Positions 37,859 to 45,839 of a DNA stretch of 64,000 bases are shown one piece after another. Source of the DNA: Bacteroidales bacterium (GTDB taxonomy: Bacteria > Bacteroidota > Bacteroidia > Bacteroidales > PUMT01). The notes beneath the pieces were generated by a model. That model worked only from the letters and a program-made list of their open reading frames with translations. It was not told where the DNA came from and did not search any database. Numbering within the stretch: the stretch's first letter is position 1; each line of letters starts with the position of its first letter. The translations under genes and the position numbers were made by a program. The stretch lies in NCBI GenBank assembly GCA_007132225.1, contig SLPB01000028.1, positions 25,985 to 89,984 of the forward strand. The letters are read 5' to 3'.

Positions 37859-39010
37859 TTAATTGACCACCTTCCTGGGAGTACCTTCAGGCAGCCGGGT
37901 TAATAATTCATAATTGAGCTGGTTGCTGAACTCACTGAATGATGCAACCGAAATTGTCAGGTCTTCCTGGCTTCCGATCATCACAACCTCATCCCCTGCT
38001 TTTACATCCGGTAATTTAGTGACATCGGCAATTAGCATGTTCATATTTACAAGGCCAATAACCCCGACCCTGTGACCATTAATAAGAACGCGGCCCTGAT
38101 TACTCAGCGACCTGCTGTAACCGTGGGAATAGCCAACGGGAATAACAGCTATCCTTTTATCCTCCTGGGCAAGGTAAATAGTTCCATAACTGACAAATTC
38201 ACCACGTTTAACTTTTTTAAGCGTCATAATCCTGCTTTTCCAGCTTATGACCCTGCTGAGAGGATCAATCTTATCCTTCTTTTTACTTATAAATTGTATA
38301 AAAGTCTCAGAACTTGGCCAGTAGCCATATTGCAGGATACCAATGCGCACCATATCAAGCCGTGCCGCGGGATAGGTCATGGCCGCAGCCGAACTGGCAA
38401 TATGCCTGTACTCGGGAACCAGTCCGCGTTTACCAAACCACTTGCAAAGCCTGTGGAAACGGGAAATTTGCTTCTGCACACGAACATGATTGGCAATGCT
38501 TTCAGCTCCGGCAAGATGAGTGCAAAGTCCTTTTAACTCAAAAAAACTGCGGTTATTCAGAATTACCTCTACAGTTTTTTTCAACTCCTTGTTTATCATG
38601 CCGGTCCTGTTCATTCCGGTCTCCATCTCAATGTGTATAAGGGCCGGTTTTCCGGTATTTTCAGCCATACAAGCCACTTTTTCAAGCCGTATTGAATCAA
38701 ATACAAAAAACTCAACTTCATTTTCAACTGCCCATTCTATGTCATCATCATCCATCCATCCCATGATCATAATACGGGACCCGGGGCTCTTAATTTCCAT
38801 GAGCCGGCGGGCTTCACATGCACTGAAAACGGAAAAATGATCAATGCCTGCATGTTCGGCAATGGGAACAAAACTCTTCATTCCGTGTCCGTAAGCATTT
38901 GACTTAACCACCGAGGATATAAGAACGTTCTCCCCAATTTGCCCTTGAAGAAACCGGATATTACCGGTTACGGCAACTTCACTTATTTCAATAACCGATG
39001 TATCTGCCAT
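37859..39010 (-). CDS. alr: alanine racemase
   Basis: PLP-lysine motif VVKSNAYGHG, plus VGYSHGYSR and the C-terminal beta domain. ATG at 39010 (GTG at 39013), 3 nt after the M20 stop codon. Confidence 0.9.
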   Translation of the reverse strand: MADTSVIEISEVAVTGNIRFLQGQIGENVLISSVVKSNAYGHGMKSFVPIAEHAGIDHFSVFSACEARRLMEIKSPGSRIMIMGWMDDDDIEWAVENEVEFFVFDSIRLEKVACMAENTGKPALIHIEMETGMNRTGMINKELKKTVEVILNNRSFFELKGLCTHLAGAESIANHVRVQKQISRFHRLCKWFGKRGLVPEYRHIASSAAAMTYPAARLDMVRIGILQYGYWPSSETFIQFISKKKDKIDPLSRVISWKSRIMTLKKVKRGEFVSYGTIYLAQEDKRIAVIPVGYSHGYSRSLSNQGRVLINGHRVGVIGLVNMNMLIADVTKLPDVKAGDEVVMIGSQEDLTISVASFSEFSNQLNYELLTRLPEGTPRKVVN

Positions 39011-39013
39011 CAC

Positions 39014-40159
39014 TTACAATTTGAACAATTCCCTGCATGCAGAAGAGAGTATACTGACACCTGCATCCAGCACCCGGTCTGGAAAATCATAGTCCGGGTG
39101 GTGCAGTTCCGGATGTCCTTTACCCGCTCCTATACCAAAAAGCAATCCCCTGTATTCACTGGTAAGCCACCCGAAATCCTCGGACCACTTAAAAGCATCT
39201 TCAATGTAACTAACCTTAAAACCAGACTCTTTACCGATTCTGCCAATCATATTGTTAAGAAATTTATCGTTCACAGTGGCAGGAAATTTTTCTGTCCAGC
39301 TAACTGATATTTCTAAATTTTCCTCCAGAGCTATCTTGCGGGCAATGGCTTCCGCCATGCTTATCAGGCTCTCCATCTCAACGTTATCATAAGCCCTGAG
39401 GGTGGCCATAACAACACCATTACCCGGACTGGTGCCAAAGGCAATCTCTCCGATTCTCACATGTATTATTGTAACCAGTGTAAAATGACTAAAATCATCA
39501 CCTTTTGCCATCAGCGGCAATTCGTTTATCAGCCGGCTTACCGCTATTGAAGGACTGATACCTTTTTCAGGCTGGGCAGCATGTGAGGTTTTTCCTTTCA
39601 GGTCAATTATCATTCCTACCGACGCCATGGCGAAAACCCCGTCACGCAAAATAATTTCGTTAAGCTCAAACCCCGGTAAATTATGAAGCGCAAGAACAAA
39701 ATCAGGGCGAAGAGAAACAAACCCAGGATCATTAACTACGGCATAAGCACCCTTTCCATTTTCCTCGGAGGGCTGAAAAAGTACTATCAACTCCCCTCTT
39801 CCGGGTCTCTCTGCTGCAAATTGTCCTGCCACCCCCGCAACTATGGCCATATGTCCGTCATGCCCGCATTTATGAGATACCCCGGGCACAGATGAAATGT
39901 GTTCAAAGTCATTTAATTCATGGATCGGCAGAGCATCAAGTTCTGCACGTATCATCACCCTGGGCCCGGCTGAAGATCCCCTGAAGCGTGCAGCCAAACC
40001 ATTCCCTCCAATATTATTAATTATTTCGTCAGGTCGCAGTTTTTCAAGGAATCTTGTAATCCTGCGGGAAGTCATCTCTTCGTTTCCCGATAATTCGGGA
40101 AACTTATGCAACTCTTTTCGTAAACTGATTAATAATTCATGGTCCGGCATATTGCCCAT
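39014..40159 (-). CDS. M20D-family amidohydrolase (N-acyl-amino-acid / hippurate hydrolase type)
   Basis: LRKELHKFPELSGNE, metal ligands HKCGHDGHMA, QPSEE. First ATG is at 40159; the track start at 40165 is TTG. Confidence 0.8.
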   Translation of the reverse strand: MGNMPDHELLISLRKELHKFPELSGNEEMTSRRITRFLEKLRPDEIINNIGGNGLAARFRGSSAGPRVMIRAELDALPIHELNDFEHISSVPGVSHKCGHDGHMAIVAGVAGQFAAERPGRGELIVLFQPSEENGKGAYAVVNDPGFVSLRPDFVLALHNLPGFELNEIILRDGVFAMASVGMIIDLKGKTSHAAQPEKGISPSIAVSRLINELPLMAKGDDFSHFTLVTIIHVRIGEIAFGTSPGNGVVMATLRAYDNVEMESLISMAEAIARKIALEENLEISVSWTEKFPATVNDKFLNNMIGRIGKESGFKVSYIEDAFKWSEDFGWLTSEYRGLLFGIGAGKGHPELHHPDYDFPDRVLDAGVSILSSACRELFKL

Positions 40160-40184
40160 AGACAAAATAAAAAAGTAGTATCTA

Positions 40185-40631
40185 TTACTTGTTTTTTATC
40201 AGTCTCATTTCCATATACTTGTTTGTAAACCCGAGCTTCTGGTAAAGGAACCTGGCAGGGTTGTCATGTTCAACATGCAGCTTAATATCACCTTCTGCAA
40301 GCTCAATGGCTTTATTCATAAGTTCCTTGCCATATCCCTTTCCCCTGTACTTCTTATCTACAGCAATGTAGACCAGGATGTTTTCAGGTATGTAACCTTC
40401 CATGCCGGTTTTATTCACCACAACAACACCAACAGTGTTCCCCTGGTGCTGCCCCTGCAAAACAAACCCTCCCGGACTTTGTATTTCGTTCGTTGCGTAA
40501 GCTATGCATTTATCTATGGCCTCTTTCGTGTCGCCAAACTGGTCAAGATGAGTATGAAGAAAATCTTTTATGAAGGACTTTTCCTGGCCTGTGAGTGGAT
40601 TGGATGAATCAAAAATTTTATAATCTAACAT
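40185..40631 (-). CDS. GNAT-family N-acetyltransferase
   Basis: Acetyl-CoA-binding motif YIAVDKKYRGKGYGKELMNKAIE. ATG at 40631 gives MLDYKIFDSS; the track start at 40676 is TTG. Confidence 0.8.
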   Translation of the reverse strand: MLDYKIFDSSNPLTGQEKSFIKDFLHTHLDQFGDTKEAIDKCIAYATNEIQSPGGFVLQGQHQGNTVGVVVVNKTGMEGYIPENILVYIAVDKKYRGKGYGKELMNKAIELAEGDIKLHVEHDNPARFLYQKLGFTNKYMEMRLIKNK

Positions 40632-40703
40632 ATAATCTGATTTTTTGGAAAATAAGATCAGCGCAGTAAACACCAAAACTTTAAATAAACATTTTCAGCA
40701 GAA

Positions 40704-40711
40704 CAAACTTA
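40704..40711 (-). promoter_or_regulatory. candidate -7 box (TAAGTTTG) for the GNAT-M20-alr-racemase-wHTH operon
   Basis: The plus strand reads CAAACTTA, an exact TAnnTTTG match 73 nt upstream of the ATG at 40631. Confidence 0.4.
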
Positions 40712-40814
40712 CAAATAAAAAGGGACTTACACAAATAAATCATGATATTGGCAAACCCCTGCAGATATGGTCCGTTTCATGTTTAATGCCAGTGCTGCTG
40801 ATATTTACAAGGGT

Positions 40815-41693
40815 TTACGGCACCATTACCTTCAGTCCGTGTTTAACAACCCTGACAATGATTTTTTTCCCTGCCTTTATTGGTTCTCCGTCATAATGAA
40901 TATACCCGGGGTGTTTACGTTTCAATTGAACCTCCCTGCATTTAATGATTTCAAGAAGGTTGTTTTTGTCAAGACTTTTGCCAAAAAGCTCAAAGACGAT
41001 CCCCAGGCTTTTTATGATATGAAAGGGACGGAGGATACACAAATCAATAAGCCCGTCACCGACATCCGCACCAGGGGCAATATGTGCGTTATTGCCGTAT
41101 TGTGAAGCATTTGCAAAGGTTATAAGGAAGGCACGGCGTCGAATAATACGTTTACCGTCGATTTTAAGAGTGTACATCTTGGGCTTATACCTGAAAAACT
41201 CCATTATTGCAGTCCTGGCATAAGTCTGCAGCCCCCTGCCGGGACTTTCTGCAAACCGATGGCCTACGGAAGCGTCAAAGCCAACCCCGCTGACACAAAA
41301 AAAAGGTTGTTTTTCAACCAGTCCGTAATCAATATCTCTTACCTTTCCCCCGGATATTATTTGCAATGCACCGCGAACCCGCAAAGGGATTTTGATATGG
41401 CGCGCAAGTCCGTTTCCTGAGCCGGTGGGAATGATGCCCAGCACTCCTTCTGTGTTAACAAGTTCCGAGGCCACCTCATTTACTGTGCCATCTCCTCCAA
41501 CGGCAACAAATTTAAGGATTCCCTGTTCCAGTCCCCGCCGCGTAAGCATTTTGGCATCACCCTTTCCCCCTGTAAACATTATTACAGGCTTGAAGGATGA
41601 GCCTGAATTCTTTACAATGAATTCAGCCAGCCTCCTGCCATGACCTCTCCCTGCAACCGGATTTACTATGAACAGGATGTTCTGCATTGACAT
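40815..41693 (-). CDS. diacylglycerol-kinase-family lipid kinase (YegS-like), paralogue 2
   Basis: IVNPVAGRGHG, AVGGDGTVNEVAS, TGSGNGLAR. Confidence 0.8.
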   Translation of the reverse strand: MSMQNILFIVNPVAGRGHGRRLAEFIVKNSGSSFKPVIMFTGGKGDAKMLTRRGLEQGILKFVAVGGDGTVNEVASELVNTEGVLGIIPTGSGNGLARHIKIPLRVRGALQIISGGKVRDIDYGLVEKQPFFCVSGVGFDASVGHRFAESPGRGLQTYARTAIMEFFRYKPKMYTLKIDGKRIIRRRAFLITFANASQYGNNAHIAPGADVGDGLIDLCILRPFHIIKSLGIVFELFGKSLDKNNLLEIIKCREVQLKRKHPGYIHYDGEPIKAGKKIIVRVVKHGLKVMVP

Positions 41694-41846
41694 AAGTATA
41701 GTAAAATCATTTTTTTCTGTGCCGGCAAGGGTCCTTTTAGCCGTAACCAGAAACCGGCCATGGGCAAAGCCTCATGACCGGTTGATAAATTCGCTCCCTT
41801 ACGGTGATGGTTTTTAATCCCTCATATGACCGGGCGCAACCTCCTG

Positions 41847-42719
41847 TTACCTGTAGTCAGCCTGAACATAGTCCGCGTTAAGCAAAAACTCAAGACTGAC
41901 CCTGACACTTTCAAGAGGCTCATAATTATAATCCTCTACCTCAACAATATGATATCTCATACCGGCAATATCAGCATGCTCATAAACACGCCTGAAATCT
42001 ATATTACCGCTGGCACCAACCTCCTGTTCGTCTTTCACATGGTACATCAGGAACCTGCCGGGATACCGGTGAAAATAATCTACAGGATCCTGACCGCCCT
42101 CAACGATCCAGTAGATATCAAGCTGGTAAAAAACTTTTTCCGGATCTGTATTTTCAAGCAGAAAGTCATAGGCAATAGTACCATCAACCTGAGTAAACTC
42201 AATAGCATGGTTATGGAATCCAAACCTCATTCCCCGGGCATTGCACATCTCTCCGAGTTCATTAAAGTAATCAGCCCATTCCTTTAAAACATCAAGATTC
42301 TCCAGAGCTGAACGGGACATGAATGGCTGGATAATGTAATCAACTCCGGCTCTTTCGTGAGCTTCAAGAGCAGTTGCCCACCATTCCATGGTCTCTTCAT
42401 AGGTGTCTTCCGTTGGCAATTCCCTGCCTATATGGGAACTGATAAATTTCATCCCGCTGGCTTCAACCAGGGAGGTAAAAGTTTCAGGTTCCATATTATA
42501 AAACATGCCATCCTGGTAACCTGCAGATTCAATGTAACTGTATCCCATTTCTCCAAGTTCCCTTAAAGTTCCTTCAGGATCGGCATTCATATCTCCACGA
42601 ACCGACCATAGCTGTATCCCGATAAACTTATCCTCAGGAGTTACTTCACAGGATGTGAGTCCTGCGGCCATTATGAAGGCCATGATTAAATATCCAAAAA
42701 AATACGTGATTCTTTTCAT
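41847..42719 (-). CDS. xylose-isomerase-like TIM-barrel protein (sugar phosphate isomerase/epimerase family), lipoprotein
   Basis: Lipobox AAGLTSC; FGFHNHAIEF and YHIVEVE metal-ligand-like motifs. Confidence 0.68.
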   Translation of the reverse strand: MKRITYFFGYLIMAFIMAAGLTSCEVTPEDKFIGIQLWSVRGDMNADPEGTLRELGEMGYSYIESAGYQDGMFYNMEPETFTSLVEASGMKFISSHIGRELPTEDTYEETMEWWATALEAHERAGVDYIIQPFMSRSALENLDVLKEWADYFNELGEMCNARGMRFGFHNHAIEFTQVDGTIAYDFLLENTDPEKVFYQLDIYWIVEGGQDPVDYFHRYPGRFLMYHVKDEQEVGASGNIDFRRVYEHADIAGMRYHIVEVEDYNYEPLESVRVSLEFLLNADYVQADYR

Positions 42720-42869
42720 AATAAATAAGATTAATAAATTATAGGTTAGGTTAACATTTTGAAATATTCAGGTATGATATTTTAATTAAATAATTATTCA
42801 AAATTATCCATAAATTGTAAAAGTATAAAATAAATCAGTACTTTCTGCTAACAAATGACAACATTTTAT

Positions 42870-42915
42870 ACTTACCTGTATAAAGTATAGCTGACTTACC
42901 TGGATTAAAGTATGA
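42870..42915. repeat. imperfect direct repeat in the divergent intergenic region
   Basis: ACTTACCTGTATAAAGTATA (42870-42889) and ACTTACCTGGATTAAAGTATGA (42894-42915). The first copy also carries the inverted repeat TATACTT (42867-42873) / AAGTATA (42883-42889). Confidence 0.6.
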
Positions 42916-43034
42916 TTGCCGGTAAAAAAATGTATCCCGAACCAATACTGGGTACCATCCAGTAAAGGGTTTAATATAGCAAAATGAAGACTTTGTTTTA
43001 TTATCTTTACCCGCAGTAACCAACCGGGTCCGCT

Positions 43035-44171
43035 ATGGGGCAAAAATCTAAGGGCTTTCCTTTAATATTTTCTGCACGTGAGAAAACTCCCGGGAGCAAT
43101 TTTTTTAATGCCCCCCTGATCAAACCCTTTTTCCTGGGCTTTGCAGTAATTGCAGCACTGTTTTCAGCATTCTGCACCCAGGTAAATGGCCAGGCAGGCG
43201 GCAATAATACCTGGGAGTTTCTGAACCTCACCAGCTCAGCCCGCATAGCCTCCCTGGGAGGCAAAAACGTATCTATCAATGACGGCGATCTGAACCTGGT
43301 GTTTCATAATCCCGCATTACTGGACAGTACAATGAACAACCATCTTGTACTCAACTATGTCAATTATTTTGCCGGCATCCACTACGGCTATGCTTCCTGG
43401 GCCTATCATCATAACTATCTGGGCAGTTTTGCAGCCGGGATAAACTATATCAACTATGGCACCTTTACAGGTGCTGATAACAGCGGACAAATAACAGGCG
43501 ATTTCACGGCAAGTGAAAACTCCCTTAACCTCTCCTGGAGCATCGATATAGAAAGGTTGTTCAGCATCGGGGTAACGGCTAAAAGCATAAATTCTTCCTT
43601 TGAACAGTACAAAGCATTTGGCATGGCTGTTGATGCAGGCATAAATTATCACAACCCCGAGCAACTGCTTTCTGCATCCCTGGTTATGAAGAACCTGGGC
43701 ACACAGCTCTCGGCATGGTACCCGGGAGGTGAAAGAGAGCCGCTGCCATTCGAATTGCAAATGGGGATCACCAGGCAACTTGCTCATGCCCCCTTTCGTT
43801 TTTCATTGCTGTTGCAGCATTTACAGGACTTCAACCTTGACGGGGACAAATCCGCCCCAGAGGAGAACTCAGAGACCCATTCATCATTCTTGCCAAAAGC
43901 GGAAAGCCTTGGAAATGAATTGCTGCGCCACCTGATAGTGGGTGTGGAGCTTATTCCCGTCCGGAGTTTCTCTCTTCATGCAGGTTACAACAACCTGCGC
44001 AGACATGAGCTCAAAATACCGGAGAGGGTATCCACCGTTGGTTTTTCATGGGGGTTCGGAGTACGGGTTAACAAATTCAGAATCAATTTCGGACAGGCAC
44101 GTTATCATCTGGCCGGCTCATCCAGCCATTTCTCAGTCACAACCAACCTGTCATCATTTTACACCAGGTAA
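43035..44171 (+). CDS. porQ: type IX secretion system protein PorQ
   Basis: NNTWEFLNLTSSARIASLGGKNVSINDGDLNLVFHNPALL N-terminal signature, beta-barrel pattern, and the conserved position immediately upstream of cmk. Confidence 0.7.
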   Translation: MGQKSKGFPLIFSAREKTPGSNFFNAPLIKPFFLGFAVIAALFSAFCTQVNGQAGGNNTWEFLNLTSSARIASLGGKNVSINDGDLNLVFHNPALLDSTMNNHLVLNYVNYFAGIHYGYASWAYHHNYLGSFAAGINYINYGTFTGADNSGQITGDFTASENSLNLSWSIDIERLFSIGVTAKSINSSFEQYKAFGMAVDAGINYHNPEQLLSASLVMKNLGTQLSAWYPGGEREPLPFELQMGITRQLAHAPFRFSLLLQHLQDFNLDGDKSAPEENSETHSSFLPKAESLGNELLRHLIVGVELIPVRSFSLHAGYNNLRRHELKIPERVSTVGFSWGFGVRVNKFRINFGQARYHLAGSSSHFSVTTNLSSFYTR

Positions 44172-44216
44172 CACATTTCCCGGTATTGCCCAAAATTGAT
44201 TACTTTTACACCGGTC

Positions 44217-44909
44217 ATGACTGATAAAAAATTAATAATCGCCATAGATGGTCATTCTTCATGCGGAAAGAGCACATTTGCAAAAGCTATTGCTGCAAGG
44301 ATGAACTACATCTATATTGACAGCGGTGCCATGTACAGGGCAGTAACCCTGGCCTGCATGGAGCAGGGCATAGTGAGAAACGGCGCTGTGGATGAGAAGT
44401 TGCTTCCACATGTTATTGAAACTGCCGACATAAACTTCCGGAAAAAGGAAGGGTCGGCACAAACAGATACATTCCTGAACGGGATAAATGTGGAAGAAAG
44501 GATAAGAAGCATTGATGTAGCTTCCAACGTCAGCCTGGTAAGCAAATCAACCAGGGTGAGGGAAAAGATGGTTGCACTGCAAAGGAGGATGGGAAGGAAC
44601 AGGGGAATTGTGATGGACGGGCGTGATATCGGGACAGTAGTCTTTCCCGGTGCTGATATAAAGATCTTTATGACTGCAGAGGCTGGAATAAGGGCTCAGA
44701 GGCGATACAGGGAACTGGCAGATAAAAACCTGAAAGTTAGCCTGGAGGAGATCCGCAACAACATCATTGCCCGTGATAAAATGGATGAAACACGTATGGA
44801 GAGCCCTCTTTTGAAGGCACCGGATGCTTTTGTCCTTGACAACTCATACATGACCCCGGAACAGCAGATGAAATGGTTCGATGACCTTTTATCAGAAATG
44901 AACCTGTAA
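44217..44909 (+). CDS. cmk: cytidylate kinase
   Basis: P-loop IAIDGHSSCGKST, then IDSGAMYR and GRDIGTVVFP. ATG at 44217; the track start at 44196 is TTG. Confidence 0.9.
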   Translation: MTDKKLIIAIDGHSSCGKSTFAKAIAARMNYIYIDSGAMYRAVTLACMEQGIVRNGAVDEKLLPHVIETADINFRKKEGSAQTDTFLNGINVEERIRSIDVASNVSLVSKSTRVREKMVALQRRMGRNRGIVMDGRDIGTVVFPGADIKIFMTAEAGIRAQRRYRELADKNLKVSLEEIRNNIIARDKMDETRMESPLLKAPDAFVLDNSYMTPEQQMKWFDDLLSEMNL

Positions 44910-44950
44910 AACCAGGCTATAAATCGTGTACCAAAATAAACAGATTAACT

Positions 44951-45838
44951 ATGAAGGTGACCATAGACCCCGGATCAGGTTTTTGCTTCGGCGTAAAACG
45001 GGCCATTGAACATGCAGAATCAATACTTAAAGACCAGGAACAGCTTTATTGCCTGGGAGATATAGTGCACAATAAAGCTGAAATGAACAGGCTGAGGGAG
45101 CGCGGACTGGTAAGTATTGATCATGAAGCTGTAAAAAATCTAAAAGAAAAACATTTATTGTTCCGGGCACACGGAGAGCCGCCTGCAAGCTACAGGCTTA
45201 CAAAAGGAAATAACATTTCCCTGACCGATGCAACCTGTCCCATCGTGAGCAGGCTGCAGGATAAAATAACTAAGGCCTTTGAAAAGATAAAAGAAAATAA
45301 TGGGCAACTGGTCATATTCGGAAACCCCGATCATCCCGAAACAATTGGCCTGCAGGGACAAACAGGGGGAATGGCAATAATTATTAACGACCCCGGGAGG
45401 TTGGATAAAATTGATCCCGCAAGACCGGTTGAGCTCTTTTCACAAACAACAAAAAGTACGGAAGGTTTCCTGCAGCTGGAAAAAAATATAAGAAAGCTGA
45501 TGAGTGAACACTTCCCCGAAATGGAGCTGCCGCTGAAGGTTCACAATACCATTTGCGGACAAATATCGAGGCGCACACCAGGTATCGGGAAGTTTGCAGC
45601 GAGCCACGAGGTGATAATTTTCGTAGGGGGTGTGGACAGCTCCAACGCAAAAGTACTTTTCCAAAAATGTAAAGAGTCAAACCCTAATAGCTGGTTCATA
45701 TCCACTCCCGAAGAGCTTAAGGCCGAGTGGTTCAGAAATGCCGGGTCGGCAGGAGTATGCGGGGCAACCTCAACACCTCAGTGGCTGATGGAAAAAGTGT
45801 CTGAAAAAATCATGAAACTAACCGAAGGAAAAAATTAA
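44951..45838 (+). CDS. ispH: 4-hydroxy-3-methylbut-2-enyl diphosphate reductase
   Basis: The three cluster cysteines are in GFCFGVKRAI, ATCPIVSR and NTICGQISRR. Confidence 0.92.
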   Translation: MKVTIDPGSGFCFGVKRAIEHAESILKDQEQLYCLGDIVHNKAEMNRLRERGLVSIDHEAVKNLKEKHLLFRAHGEPPASYRLTKGNNISLTDATCPIVSRLQDKITKAFEKIKENNGQLVIFGNPDHPETIGLQGQTGGMAIIINDPGRLDKIDPARPVELFSQTTKSTEGFLQLEKNIRKLMSEHFPEMELPLKVHNTICGQISRRTPGIGKFAASHEVIIFVGGVDSSNAKVLFQKCKESNPNSWFISTPEELKAEWFRNAGSAGVCGATSTPQWLMEKVSEKIMKLTEGKN

Positions 45839-45839
45839 C

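Noticed and set aside
42804-43279. Short minus-strand ORFs (79, 62 and 90 aa) spanning the porQ upstream region and the porQ 5' end.
   Set aside because: They have no motifs, atypical composition, and overlap the AT-rich promoter region and the porQ start. They are most likely spurious.
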